Source: an uncultured Elusimicrobia bacterium (GTDB lineage Bacteria; Elusimicrobiota; Elusimicrobia; 2-01-FULL-59-12). From it: a stretch of 64,000 nt of DNA. Below the pieces are notes generated by a model that was not told the origin of the DNA, searched no databases, and saw only the letters and a list, made by a program, of their open reading frames with translations. Shown here piece by piece: positions 9,714-18,955 of the stretch. The DNA is taken from the NCBI GenBank assembly GCA_963702895.1, contig OY969767.1, positions 672,001 through 736,000 on the forward strand. Reading direction: 5' to 3'. A program made the position numbers and the translations under genes. Position 1 is the stretch's first letter. The number at the start of each line of letters is the position of its first letter.

Positions 9714-10757
9714 GTGTCCACCTCAATTCATCGTAAGACCTTTCTCGACGTCCCCGGAGAGGCGCTTTTTGATTTCTTAAAGGCGCACGGACAGGCTGCG
9801 TTTCGGGCGAAGCAGATCTACGAGTGGTTTTTCCGGCGCGGCGCGGCAAGTTTTGAAGCCATGTCTGATCTTCCCGCTTCCCTTCGCGCCGCGCTGGGCG
9901 AACGCTTCCTCCTTCACCCCTTGCGCATCAGGCGAAAGGAGGAGTCGCGCCAAGACGGCACCGTACGGTACTACTTTGAAGCCCAGGACCATTCCACCGT
10001 CTCAACCGTTTATCTTCCCGAGGATGACCGACGGTCCCTCTGTCTTTCCACCCAGGTGGGTTGTGCCTACCGATGTCAGTTCTGCGCCTCCGGTCTTGTG
10101 CCTTTCAAGCGGCAGCTCAGTGCCGCGGAGATCATCGACCAAATCCTTTGGATTACCCAGGACAGTGGCCGGGTCCCCACCAACCTTCTCTTCATGGGGA
10201 TGGGCGAGCCACTCGCGAACTATACCCAAGTCGTCCAGGCGGTCCGGTGGATCACGTCCCCAGTGGGGCTCGGAATGAGCCCTTCCCGCATCACGCTCTC
10301 GACGTCCGGCCTCACCCCGCAGATCCTCAAATTGGCGGACGATCAAATCAAAGTGAAGCTCGCGATTTCTTTGCACGCCGTGCGGGACGATCTGCGGCTC
10401 AAGCTCATGCCCGTTTCCGGGAAGTTTCACGTGCGGCAGCTCATCAAAGCAGCCAAGTATTACGCCGCCAAGACCAAGGCCCCCGTCACTTTCGAATACA
10501 TCCTGCTGGACAAGGTCAACGATTTCGAGATGGACGCCAATCGCCTCGCCTATCTCATCAAGGGATTCCCGCACATGGTCAATCTCATCCCTTACAATCC
10601 CGTCGCTGGATTTTCGTATGACCGGCCGTCGATGACGTCGGTGCTGCGCTTCCAGCAGTGGCTCAAAGTCCGCGGCGTTCCGGTCTTCATCCGCAAACCC
10701 AAAGGGCTTGACATCGGATCGGCTTGCGGACAGCTGGGCGCCGCCCGCCCTTCCTGA
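9714..10757 (+). CDS. rlmN: 23S rRNA A2503/tRNA A37 C2-methyltransferase (radical SAM)
   Basis: 'CLSTQVGCAYRCQFCASG', 'FMGMGEPLAN', 'ACGQL'. Confidence 0.96.
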   Translation: MSTSIHRKTFLDVPGEALFDFLKAHGQAAFRAKQIYEWFFRRGAASFEAMSDLPASLRAALGERFLLHPLRIRRKEESRQDGTVRYYFEAQDHSTVSTVYLPEDDRRSLCLSTQVGCAYRCQFCASGLVPFKRQLSAAEIIDQILWITQDSGRVPTNLLFMGMGEPLANYTQVVQAVRWITSPVGLGMSPSRITLSTSGLTPQILKLADDQIKVKLAISLHAVRDDLRLKLMPVSGKFHVRQLIKAAKYYAAKTKAPVTFEYILLDKVNDFEMDANRLAYLIKGFPHMVNLIPYNPVAGFSYDRPSMTSVLRFQQWLKVRGVPVFIRKPKGLDIGSACGQLGAARPS

Positions 10758-10814
10758 TGCCATAGATGTTGTCCCCTCGAGCATCGAAGCAGTAAATCAT
10801 TAGGACGGTGGCCA

Positions 10815-11246
10815 TTTTCCCCGGGAGAAGGAGTCCGCTCGCTCCGGCGAAATTTCTCCCTCCAATGTCCAGGCTGCAGAGGGCCGGCGTTTCGGCTTCG
10901 GCCAGCCTGCGGAACTCGGGCCTTTCCCACGAACATCAGAAGGAAGCCCTCGGACAGTCCTCGGCTGGGCACGCCCTCGCCGAAACGCCTGAAATTTCGA
11001 GTTGCTCGCCAGACTCCTTCTCCAGGGAAAGAGGATCCAACCATCGAAATCGTTAAGACTGCTTGCTGTGGGGGAGGGAGGCAGCGAGCGACTCGCGTAC
11101 GGCGGCTGGGTGGCGAGAGCGTCCAGCCGAGGATGTGTGAGCCTCGTCCTCTGATGGAAGGGAAAGAGGCGAGTTCCGCAGGCTGCTCGAGCCGCCCAGC
11201 CGGGGTGTCCGGGAGCGCTGGAGCGAGTCGCCTCCCTCCCCCACGG
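10815..11246. repeat. Two-lobed structured intergenic element (two long hairpins with mutually complementary cores)
   Basis: Stems 10816-10835/11012-11030 and 11068-11082/11230-11244; CAGCCTGCGGAACTCG (10903) is the exact reverse complement of 11170-11185. Confidence 0.75.
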
Positions 11247-11334
11247 CGATGACTCCCCCAAAAAACATTTATCTCCTTTTGAGCATAAGAGGGCTTAACG
11301 GGAGGATGGGGGGTGACGTATAATACGAGCCGGC

Positions 11335-12282
11335 ATGAAAGAAAAGGTCCTTCCCTCACTGGCGCTTCTGGCCGCACTCACGGTTGGCTATCTCTCTTTT
11401 GACTGGGCCGTAGGAGCCATCATCCATAGCCGCAAGGTGGTGGCCGTGCCGGACCTTTCTGCCAAGTCTGTTCATGACGCTTTGAATCTCCTGGCGCCGC
11501 TGGGGCTTGGCCTGGAAAAGGACGGGGAACAGTTTGATAAACGTTTTCCGGCTGGCGCCATCGTTCACCAAACACCTTCCGCGGGGATGCAGGTGCGTGA
11601 AGGACGCATCATTCGGGTCACCTTGAGCCAGGGCGGCGAGACCCTGTTTGTTCCCAATCTGGTGAGTCAACCGCTTCGAAATGCGCAAACGACGCTGCAA
11701 AACATGGGTCTGAGCATCGGCGAGGTGGAGCACAGACCCTCTCTCAAGTTCAACAAAGACCTGGTGATGACGACGGATCCTCCTTCAGGCGCCATCATCT
11801 CCAAGAATGGCCTGGTGAACCTCGTCATCTCCGACGGGCCCCCGGGCTCGGATGTGTTGCTGATGCCGGATTTTTTGGGCGGGTCCGTCAACTCAGCGAA
11901 AGCTTGGGCGGACGAGCACCTGATCAGCGTATCGATCAAGGAGGAAACGGATATCAGCAAAGCCGAGGGAGAAGTCTTGATGCAGTCACCCTCCGCGGAT
12001 GTTCCGGTTCGTCCTACGGATCTTTTGACGCTGGTGGTCAACCGGCCCGGATTCTCCAACCCGGACGCAGGGGAAGGCGTTCGAATTTATTATGAAATCC
12101 CGCAAGGCGCGAGCGACCGTGATGTCCGCATCACGATCCTCGATGAAGCGGGGGAACGCGAAGTATTCCGCCATTCCCAGGCGCCCGGGTCGAAAGTGGA
12201 CATACGCGTCCAGCCCAAGGGCCATGCCCGCGCCCGCATCTTTGTAAATGGCGTGGTGGTTGAAGAAAAGACCTTACGATGA
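11335..12282 (+). CDS. PASTA domain-containing membrane protein (three PASTA repeats)
   Basis: N-terminal TM helix; repeats 'VPDLS', 'VPNLV', 'MPDFLG' with Q.P..G motifs; upstream of rpe. Confidence 0.88.
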   Translation: MKEKVLPSLALLAALTVGYLSFDWAVGAIIHSRKVVAVPDLSAKSVHDALNLLAPLGLGLEKDGEQFDKRFPAGAIVHQTPSAGMQVREGRIIRVTLSQGGETLFVPNLVSQPLRNAQTTLQNMGLSIGEVEHRPSLKFNKDLVMTTDPPSGAIISKNGLVNLVISDGPPGSDVLLMPDFLGGSVNSAKAWADEHLISVSIKEETDISKAEGEVLMQSPSADVPVRPTDLLTLVVNRPGFSNPDAGEGVRIYYEIPQGASDRDVRITILDEAGEREVFRHSQAPGSKVDIRVQPKGHARARIFVNGVVVEEKTLR

Positions 12283-12947
12283 AGACTTCTCTCAAACGCC
12301 GCATTGTGCCATCGGTCCTGTCCGCCAACTTCGCCTATTTGGCACGTGATATTGAGCTGATTCAGAAAGCGGGCGCGGAGTCTGTCCAGATCGATGTGAT
12401 GGATGGACATTTTGTTCCTAATATCACCGTGGGACCTGTCGTGGTCGAATGGCTCAGGAAGGAAAGCTCCATTTTTCTTGATGTCCATCTCATGATCGAA
12501 AACCCCCTCCAATTTCTTGAAACCTTCGCGAAGGCCGGAGCAAACCTCTTGACAGTCCATTGGGAGGCTTGCCGGGACCCCCAAGAGGCTCTCCGCGCGG
12601 TCAAGAAACTTGGGGTCAAGGTCGGCATGGCCATTAGGCCCAAGACGCCTGCCGATGTCCTCTTTCCGCTCCTGGATCAGCTGGATTATGCGCTTGTGAT
12701 GACCGTGGAGCCCGGTTTTGGTGGCCAATCCTTCATGCCGGACATGCTGGGTAAGGTCAGGGTGCTACGGGAGCGCTTGGATCAGAGCAGGAAAGCCTGC
12801 GAGCTGCAGGTGGATGGCGGCATCAACCTCAAAACGGTACAGATGGCCGCCGAGGCGGGGGCGACGTCCCTCGTGGCAGGCAGTGCCGTGTTTGGGTGTC
12901 CCGATCCGGTCAAGGCCTTTCGAGAGATCCAAAAATTGGTACAATGA
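12279..12947 (+). CDS. rpe: Ribulose-phosphate 3-epimerase
   Basis: 'PSVLSANF', 'DVMDGHFVPNITVG', 'MTVEPGFGGQ', 'VDGGIN'. Confidence 0.97.
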   Translation: MKTSLKRRIVPSVLSANFAYLARDIELIQKAGAESVQIDVMDGHFVPNITVGPVVVEWLRKESSIFLDVHLMIENPLQFLETFAKAGANLLTVHWEACRDPQEALRAVKKLGVKVGMAIRPKTPADVLFPLLDQLDYALVMTVEPGFGGQSFMPDMLGKVRVLRERLDQSRKACELQVDGGINLKTVQMAAEAGATSLVAGSAVFGCPDPVKAFREIQKLVQ

Positions 12948-12954
12948 CGCGCTT

Positions 12955-13209
12955 ATGGTGAGAATACGTTTTCAACGTGAAGGCAAGCCAGGTCAGGCCC
13001 ATTACCGCCTTGTCGCGATCGATCGTGCGGCGAAACGTGATGGCCGTCCTGTCGAAACGCTGGGCTATTACAACCCACGGCTCGAAAAAGACAAGCTTAC
13101 GATCAATGAAGTGCGGGTCAAGCACTGGTATGAAAAGGGCGCCATCCCGACTGATACGGTCAGAACGCTGCTTGTCGCGTCCGGCGCCTGGCAGCGGATC
13201 GCCTCCTAG
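12955..13209 (+). CDS. rpsP: 30S ribosomal protein S16
   Basis: 'MVRIRFQREGK...HYRLVAID...RDGRPVETLGYYNP...GAIPTDTV'. Confidence 0.95.
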   Translation: MVRIRFQREGKPGQAHYRLVAIDRAAKRDGRPVETLGYYNPRLEKDKLTINEVRVKHWYEKGAIPTDTVRTLLVASGAWQRIAS

Positions 13210-13213
13210 AACT

Positions 13214-13951
13214 CATCCCAAAAAAGAACATCTTCAGCGCCTGGACATCGTCACTTTATTTCCAGGGATGTTCGATGGGCCGATGACGGAGAGCCTTTTG
13301 GGGCGCGCCCGGGCGCGCGGCCTGGTGGACCTGAGGGTCCACAACCTCCGAGACTGGGCTGCGGATGAGCGCCATCGGACAGTCGATGACCGGCCCTACG
13401 GCGGCGGTCCGGGCATGGTGATCCAGGCCGAACCGATTTTTAAGGCTCTAAAGGCCATTCGGACCGAAGGAGCCAAGGTCTTTGGAAAGAAGCGCAAGCC
13501 CTATGTCGTTTATCTGTCGCCCCAGGGCAAGGTGCTCACGCAAGCTTGCGCAGCCAGTCTCTCGGTCGAGCCTTGGATTGTGCTTTTGTGCGGGCACTAT
13601 GAAGGCGTTGACGAAAGGGCGATGGCGCTCGTCGATGAAGAAATCTCGATTGGCGATTACGTTTTAACAGGCGGGGAAATCCCTGCGATGGTGCTGGCCG
13701 ATGCCGTGGTGCGCCTGGTGCCCGGTGTCGTCAAAGAGGCCGGTTCTTTACAAGAGGAGTCGTTTCAGAACGGGCGTCTGGATTATCCGCACTACACGCG
13801 CCCGGCCGTTTGGAAGGGCGTCCCAGTACCGCACGTGCTTTTGTCAGGCGATCACGCGGCGATCCGAGCGTGGCGCCTCCAGCAGGCGGAACTTGCGACC
13901 CGAAACAAGAGGCCCGATTTAGTTCGAGTCACGTTAAGGAGAAAGTCATGA
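13214..13951 (+). CDS. trmD: tRNA (guanine37-N1)-methyltransferase (start codon unclear)
   Basis: 'DIVTLFP', '[13 protein letters not shown]', '[10 protein letters not shown]', '[11 protein letters not shown]'; no ATG at the expected position. Confidence 0.93.
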   Translation, partial: HPKKEHLQRLDIVTLFPGMFDGPMTESLLGRARARGLVDLRVHNLRDWAADERHRTVDDRPYGGGPGMVIQAEPIFKALKAIRTEGAKVFGKKRKPYVVYLSPQGKVLTQACAASLSVEPWIVLLCGHYEGVDERAMALVDEEISIGDYVLTGGEIPAMVLADAVVRLVPGVVKEAGSLQEESFQNGRLDYPHYTRPAVWKGVPVPHVLLSGDHAAIRAWRLQQAELATRNKRPDLVRVTLRRKS

Positions 13952-14379
13952 AAGTCACCATCGATTCCGTTGAACAGTCTTTCCTGAAGAAAAATATCCC
14001 GACTTTTCGTGTCGGTGACCACGTGCGCGTCACCCTCAAGATCGTCGAAGGCGAAAGCGAGCGCCTCCAGGCTTTTGAGGGAACGGTCATTCGCCTGCGC
14101 GGCCATGGCTTGTCCGCGATGTTTACGGTTCGAAAAATCTCCTTTGGTGTGGGCGTCGAACGAACGCTTCCGCTTCACTCCCCGCGCATCGAAAAGCTCG
14201 AAGTTCTCCGCTCAGGGCACGTCCGGCGCTCGCGGCTCTACTTCCTCCGAGACCGAACGGGCAAGGCGGCGCGCTTGGATGAGAAATCGGACCGCCGGGA
14301 GGAGAATGTTCCTGTCGTCCCAACGCCACCCTTGGCCAAGGCCCCCGTTTCGGCCACGGCTCCCGTCGCGCGACCTTAA
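13948..14379 (+). CDS. rplS: 50S ribosomal protein L19
   Basis: '[11 protein letters not shown]', 'RLQAFEG', '[11 protein letters not shown]', '[10 protein letters not shown]'; SD AAGGAG upstream. Confidence 0.97.
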   Translation: MKVTIDSVEQSFLKKNIPTFRVGDHVRVTLKIVEGESERLQAFEGTVIRLRGHGLSAMFTVRKISFGVGVERTLPLHSPRIEKLEVLRSGHVRRSRLYFLRDRTGKAARLDEKSDRREENVPVVPTPPLAKAPVSATAPVARP

Positions 14380-14382
14380 ACC

Positions 14383-15030
14383 ATGGCAGTTCGCCGAAAG
14401 AATCGGCGATCCATCAGCCTCTTTCGTTTTGACCAACCCTATTTAAAGCGGCACGGCCTCATCGCCGGCGTCGATGAAGCGGGTCGTGGTCCCTTGGCTG
14501 GACCGGTGGTGGCCGGGGCCGTCATCCTCCCTTCCACTTGGCGGCACTCCTTGCTTGACGATAGTAAAAAGCTCTCTGCCCAAACACGGGAATCCATTTT
14601 TTCGGAGCTTCAAGCGCAGGCGCTCGCGATCGGGGTCGGGATTGTGGAAGCGCACGAGATCGACCGACTCAATATCCGACAAGCGAGTTTTGTCGCGATG
14701 CGGCGCGCGCTCTCGCGCCTCCAGGTGAGGCCCTCCTATGCGCTCGTCGATGGATTTCGCATTCCGGACTGTGTTCTGCCTCATGCCGGCATCGTTCAGG
14801 GCGATGCTCAAAGCGCCCATATCGCCGCGGCCTCTGTCATCGCGAAGGTGACCCGGGACCGGCTCATGGACCTCTGGCACCAAAAGTATCCCGCATACGG
14901 CTTTTGCCGCCATAAAGGGTACGGAACTCCCGAGCACTTGGCCGCTCTTTCCCGCCACGGCCCCTCTCCCATACATAGGAGATCCTTTGCTCCGGTTGCT
15001 TTGGCTGATAGGACGTTGGTAGAGGGTTAG
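14383..15030 (+). CDS. rnhB: Ribonuclease HII
   Basis: 'GVDEAGRGPLAGPVVA', 'DSKKL', 'IAAASVIAKVTRD', 'HKGYGT'. Confidence 0.97.
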   Translation: MAVRRKNRRSISLFRFDQPYLKRHGLIAGVDEAGRGPLAGPVVAGAVILPSTWRHSLLDDSKKLSAQTRESIFSELQAQALAIGVGIVEAHEIDRLNIRQASFVAMRRALSRLQVRPSYALVDGFRIPDCVLPHAGIVQGDAQSAHIAAASVIAKVTRDRLMDLWHQKYPAYGFCRHKGYGTPEHLAALSRHGPSPIHRRSFAPVALADRTLVEG

Positions 15031-15341
15031 GCCGCTTTCTTAAGGGGGGCTGGCTTATCTTGGGTGATCATCATTTTCATCCCCAGAGAACGAACAAGTT
15101 GCCTAAGATTTTCGAAGCGTGGGTTTCCATTCTTTGAAAGCATTCGAAAGAGATGTTCTCTGCTCACATCGGCCTTCCTGGCTAGCCTGCGAATGCCGCC
15201 ATGGGCCTCGGCCACATGCCGTAAAGCCAGCAAAAAAACACCATCGTCATCATCCTCAAGACAGGCATTCAGGTAGTCCAGAGCGTATTTTGGGTCTTTC
15301 AGCCGTTCCATGAGGTCCTGATGATAATGTGATCGCTTCAT
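15027..15341 (-). CDS. Addiction-module antidote (HTH antitoxin, HigA-like)
   Basis: 'YLNACLED...FLLALRHVAEAHGGI..LA......REHLFRMLS..GNP'; ATGA overlap with the toxin stop. Confidence 0.88.
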   Translation of the reverse strand: MKRSHYHQDLMERLKDPKYALDYLNACLEDDDDGVFLLALRHVAEAHGGIRRLARKADVSREHLFRMLSKNGNPRFENLRQLVRSLGMKMMITQDKPAPLKKAA

Positions 15342-15676
15342 GACGCTTGTCTCCTTAAGTGGCATTCCCAGAAAGACTTCGCCAAGAGGATGTCTTTGCT
15401 CTGCGTGCTCTTGTCGCCGCCGAGGAGGAGCAAGAGAACAGTTTTTCCTTCTTGGCCAAAATAGATCCTATATCCCGGTCCGATATGGATTCGCAATTCA
15501 TAAACACCCGCGCCGACGCTTGAACAATCACCTAGAAGTCCTCGCTCGATACGCGTAAGACGCTTGTCTATCGCTACTCTTGCGGCTGTGTCTTTTAAGC
15601 GATTGAACCAGACGCGATACGGATAGCTGCCATCCGGTGCCTGAAAGTAGTCGATGAACCGCGGGGCAACCTCCAC
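15338..15676 (-). CDS. Type II TA toxin, RelE/ParE (HigB-like addiction-module killer)
   Basis: 'RLTRIERGLLGDCSSVGAGVYELRIHIGPGYRIYFG...LLLLGGDKSTQSKDI'. Confidence 0.92.
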   Translation of the reverse strand: MEVAPRFIDYFQAPDGSYPYRVWFNRLKDTAARVAIDKRLTRIERGLLGDCSSVGAGVYELRIHIGPGYRIYFGQEGKTVLLLLLGGDKSTQSKDILLAKSFWECHLRRQAS

Positions 15677-15821
15677 GCCTGCCTCCTTGATAGTAACACA
15701 TAAGCTACTGACCGACCAAGCGGCCTCCTATCCTTAGATGCGAAAGTGGACGATTTATTCATGGATCATGAAGATCGCCGTCGAAGAATGAATAAAAATC
15801 CAACTTTTGCATCTAAGGGAT

Positions 15822-16184
15822 ATGGACACCCTAGCGCTTGGCTTATGGGGGGAACGGGAAGCCGCCCGCTATTTGAAAGCGCGTGGCCTTGCGGTGCTGG
15901 AGCATCACTATCGCCAAAAGTGGGGGGAGATTGATCTCGTCTGCAAGGATCGTGACACCTGGGTCTTTGTCGAAGTCAAAACGAGGTCCAAACTCTATGA
16001 GCCTGGGGCCTTAGGCGCCATTGGCCAGGCCAAACGCCAGAAGCTTGCCCGCACGGCCATGAGCTATATGAAGTCTCAGCGAATCGAAGGACAGGCGATG
16101 CGTTTTGATGTTGTTGTGATTGAGGACGGTGAAATGGAATGGATTCAAAATGCTTTTGAACTCCCATCGCGCTATACCTGCTGA
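15822..16184 (+). CDS. yraN: YraN/UPF0102 family endonuclease-like protein
   Basis: 'G.WGE..AARYL', 'GEIDLV', 'VFVEVKTR', 'RFDVV'. Confidence 0.92.
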   Translation: MDTLALGLWGEREAARYLKARGLAVLEHHYRQKWGEIDLVCKDRDTWVFVEVKTRSKLYEPGALGAIGQAKRQKLARTAMSYMKSQRIEGQAMRFDVVVIEDGEMEWIQNAFELPSRYTC

Positions 16185-16201
16185 ACAGAAGGAGGCTAGG
16201 T

Positions 16202-17734
16202 GTGATCGCTAAAGTTGACACCTTGTGCTTGTCTGGCGTGGAGGCGGCTCCTGTGCAGGTGGAGGTGAGCCTCGCGAAGGGGTTCCCGACGTTTTCCATC
16301 GTCGGGCTGCCGGACGCGTCCGTCCGCGAGGCGAAGGACAGGGTGGTGGCCGCGATCCGGAATTCCGGTTTTAGTTTTCCCTCTCGGCGCGTGACGGTGA
16401 ACCTTGCTCCGGCGGATGTCCGAAAGGAAGGCGCGAGTTTTGATCTGGCGATTGCCGTGGGGATCCTCACCGCCTCGGAAGCCATTGTCCTGAAGCGTTG
16501 GCCGCGGTGCTACTGGCTGGGGGAGCTCGCGCTCGACGGCTCCATTCGCGCTGTTCGCGGGGTGCTTCCGATGGGGAGAAGCCTTTCCCGGCATCCCGGA
16601 GCGGCCTTGGCGCTTCCGCAGGGCAACCTGACGGAGGTGAGCTGCTTGCCGGGCCTCAAGCTCTTTCCCTTCCAGCGCTTAACGGAGGTCGTGAACTGGC
16701 TGCAGGCCGAAGGGGATCCTCAAGCCCTTCGCCATGAGCCCGCCTGGACGCCCGCGGAACAGACCGCTCTCGTCGATTTGGCGGATGTCAAAGGCCAACG
16801 GATGGCCAAGCGGGCCCTCGAAATTGCCGCTGCGGGACGGCACCACATGCTCATGCTGGGAGCTCCCGGAACGGGGAAGTCCATGCTGGCGCAGGCCTTG
16901 CCCGGGATTCTTCCTTCCTGGACGCTCCAGGAGGCGCTGGACGCGACGCAGGTCTATTCCGCGGCAGGACAGATCGTGGGCACAGGCCTCATCAGCTCCC
17001 GGCCTTTTCGAAGCCCGCACCACACCGTTTCGACCGTCGCCCTCCTGGGGGGTGGCGATATTCCTGGTCCGGGCGAAATATCACTCGCCCATCGCGGGGT
17101 TCTGTTTATGGACGAGCTTCCAGAGTTTCGTCGTGATGCCCTGGAGGCGCTTCGGCAACCCCTGGAACAAGGGGTCATCCAGATCCAGCGGGCCCGCGGT
17201 CGCGCCAAATTTCCAGCTGATTTCCTGATGATTGGAGCGATGAACCCCTGTCCCTGCGGTTACCTCGGACACCCCAAGCGGGAATGCGAGTGCAACCCCT
17301 ACCGCATCCAGCGCTATATGGGGAAAGTGTCCGGCCCGGTTCTCGACCGAATGGACCTTCATGTGGAGCTTCCCGCTCTCAAAGTGGAAGAGCTCTTTGA
17401 ATCCACCGTCCACGCGGAATCTTCGGTCCATGTTCGAGAGCGTGTGCAGCGGGCGCGCCTCATTCAGGAAGAGCGCTACCAGCATTTCCGAGGCCGACCG
17501 CGTGACAACGCGCATCTTCAGCCCAAGGAGCTGCCGCGCTATTGCGCCCTTTCCTCCGACGGAGAATCGATCCTCAAGGCGGCTGTCGAACACCTGGGGC
17601 TTTCCGCGCGGGCCTTTGACCGGATCAAAAAAGTGTCCAGGACCATCGCTGACCTCGAAGGGGGACAAACGATCGAAGCTCGGCATATCGCGGAGGCGAT
17701 TCAGTACCGATGCCTGGACCGCCATCGCAGCTAA
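16202..17734 (+). CDS. comM: YifB/ComM Mg-chelatase-like AAA+ ATPase
   Basis: 'IVGLPDASVRE', 'VTVNLAPAD', 'GAPGTGKSMLA', 'RPFRSPHH', 'AMNPCPCG'. Confidence 0.93.
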   Translation: MIAKVDTLCLSGVEAAPVQVEVSLAKGFPTFSIVGLPDASVREAKDRVVAAIRNSGFSFPSRRVTVNLAPADVRKEGASFDLAIAVGILTASEAIVLKRWPRCYWLGELALDGSIRAVRGVLPMGRSLSRHPGAALALPQGNLTEVSCLPGLKLFPFQRLTEVVNWLQAEGDPQALRHEPAWTPAEQTALVDLADVKGQRMAKRALEIAAAGRHHMLMLGAPGTGKSMLAQALPGILPSWTLQEALDATQVYSAAGQIVGTGLISSRPFRSPHHTVSTVALLGGGDIPGPGEISLAHRGVLFMDELPEFRRDALEALRQPLEQGVIQIQRARGRAKFPADFLMIGAMNPCPCGYLGHPKRECECNPYRIQRYMGKVSGPVLDRMDLHVELPALKVEELFESTVHAESSVHVRERVQRARLIQEERYQHFRGRPRDNAHLQPKELPRYCALSSDGESILKAAVEHLGLSARAFDRIKKVSRTIADLEGGQTIEARHIAEAIQYRCLDRHRS

Positions 17735-17758
17735 CCGGGAATCTCCGGTTCTATGTAA

Positions 17759-17870
17759 CCCCCTCGCCCGCGGAACGCGGGAGAGGGCGGGGGTGAGGGC
17801 AGGTTTACGTCGGAAGATGAGGTTGTGCCCTCACCCTTCACCCTCTCCCACCTGGCGGCGGGAGAGGGGA
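17759..17870. repeat. Palindrome family B (CCCTC(T/G)CCC...GGGAGAGGG / GGTGAGGG...CCCTCACC)
   Basis: Nested inverted repeats; related copies at 22270, 37131, 37497 and 55439. Confidence 0.8.
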
Positions 17871-18070
17871 TTCATAAGTGCAACTGGCTCAGACGGACGG
17901 GACCGCTCTGCTGAAGATTCCGGGCTCATGAACTTGACTCTGCGTCATGGCCGTGGCGCTGACCGGCGATCCATCAGAACCATAAAAAAGAGGGATTCTC
18001 CGACAGAAATATCCGGGGATGACGGCATGGCAGAAATAAATATCAATTGACAAACCGGAGGTGATCGACT

Positions 18071-18955
18071 ATGAATAGTGAGCTTCAAAGCGAAATTCGC
18101 TGTGTTCTTGATAGTGATCCGGATTATCCGTCGAGTCTGCGCGACATTCCGGACAAGCCCGATGTTCTTTATGTCCAAGGACGCTGGCCGTTGCCGGAAG
18201 AAGTGATGAAGATCGGGATCGTAGGCGCGCGGCGCGCGACCCCCTATGGCATGGACGCCGCCGCGAGGATCTCTTCGGATTTGTCGCAGCAAGGGGCCCT
18301 GATCATCAGCGGCCTGGCGATGGGAATAGATGCCTGCGCTCATCGGGCGTGCCTCAAAGAAGGAGGGTGGACCGTGGCCGTCTTGGGACATGGGTTCGGG
18401 CACGAGTACCCTCGAGACAATGCGAGGCTTTCGAAGGATCTTGCGGAGAAAGGGACTTTGATTACGGAATTTGATTTCGACGTTCCGCCGCGGCCCCAAC
18501 ATTTCCCGCGCCGTAACCGAATTATCTCGGGCCTTTCCAGAGGGGTCGTCGTGGTTGAGGCCGGGGAGCATTCCGGTGCCCTGATCACCGCGCGCTACGC
18601 GGCGGAACAGGGGAGGGATGTCTTTGTGGTTCCCGGGAGCATTTTCAACTGGCAAAGCAAGGGGTGTCACCGTCTTATTAAGGAAGGGGCAAGGCTTATC
18701 GAATCGGCACAAGATCTACTCGAAGAGTACGGCGCAAAAGCGCCTGGGGTGAGAGCCTCCTCAAAGGAATTGCCCCCGCTGAGCCCCGCCGAGCAAGAGC
18801 TTTTGGGGCATCTCAATTCCGTGCCGCTTTCCGTCGATGAATTGGCCGAGCTGACAGGCCACAGAGTTGATCGGTTGGCGGAAGTCCTGCTATCTTTGGA
18901 GCTCAAAGGATTAATTATGAACATGTCTGGACATCGTTATGCTACGCACAACTAA
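18071..18955 (+). CDS. dprA: DNA-processing protein DprA
   Basis: 'IVGARRATPYG', 'SGLAMGID', 'FPRRNRIISGLS', 'SGALITA'; C-terminal winged helix. Confidence 0.96.
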   Translation: MNSELQSEIRCVLDSDPDYPSSLRDIPDKPDVLYVQGRWPLPEEVMKIGIVGARRATPYGMDAAARISSDLSQQGALIISGLAMGIDACAHRACLKEGGWTVAVLGHGFGHEYPRDNARLSKDLAEKGTLITEFDFDVPPRPQHFPRRNRIISGLSRGVVVVEAGEHSGALITARYAAEQGRDVFVVPGSIFNWQSKGCHRLIKEGARLIESAQDLLEEYGAKAPGVRASSKELPPLSPAEQELLGHLNSVPLSVDELAELTGHRVDRLAEVLLSLELKGLIMNMSGHRYATHN

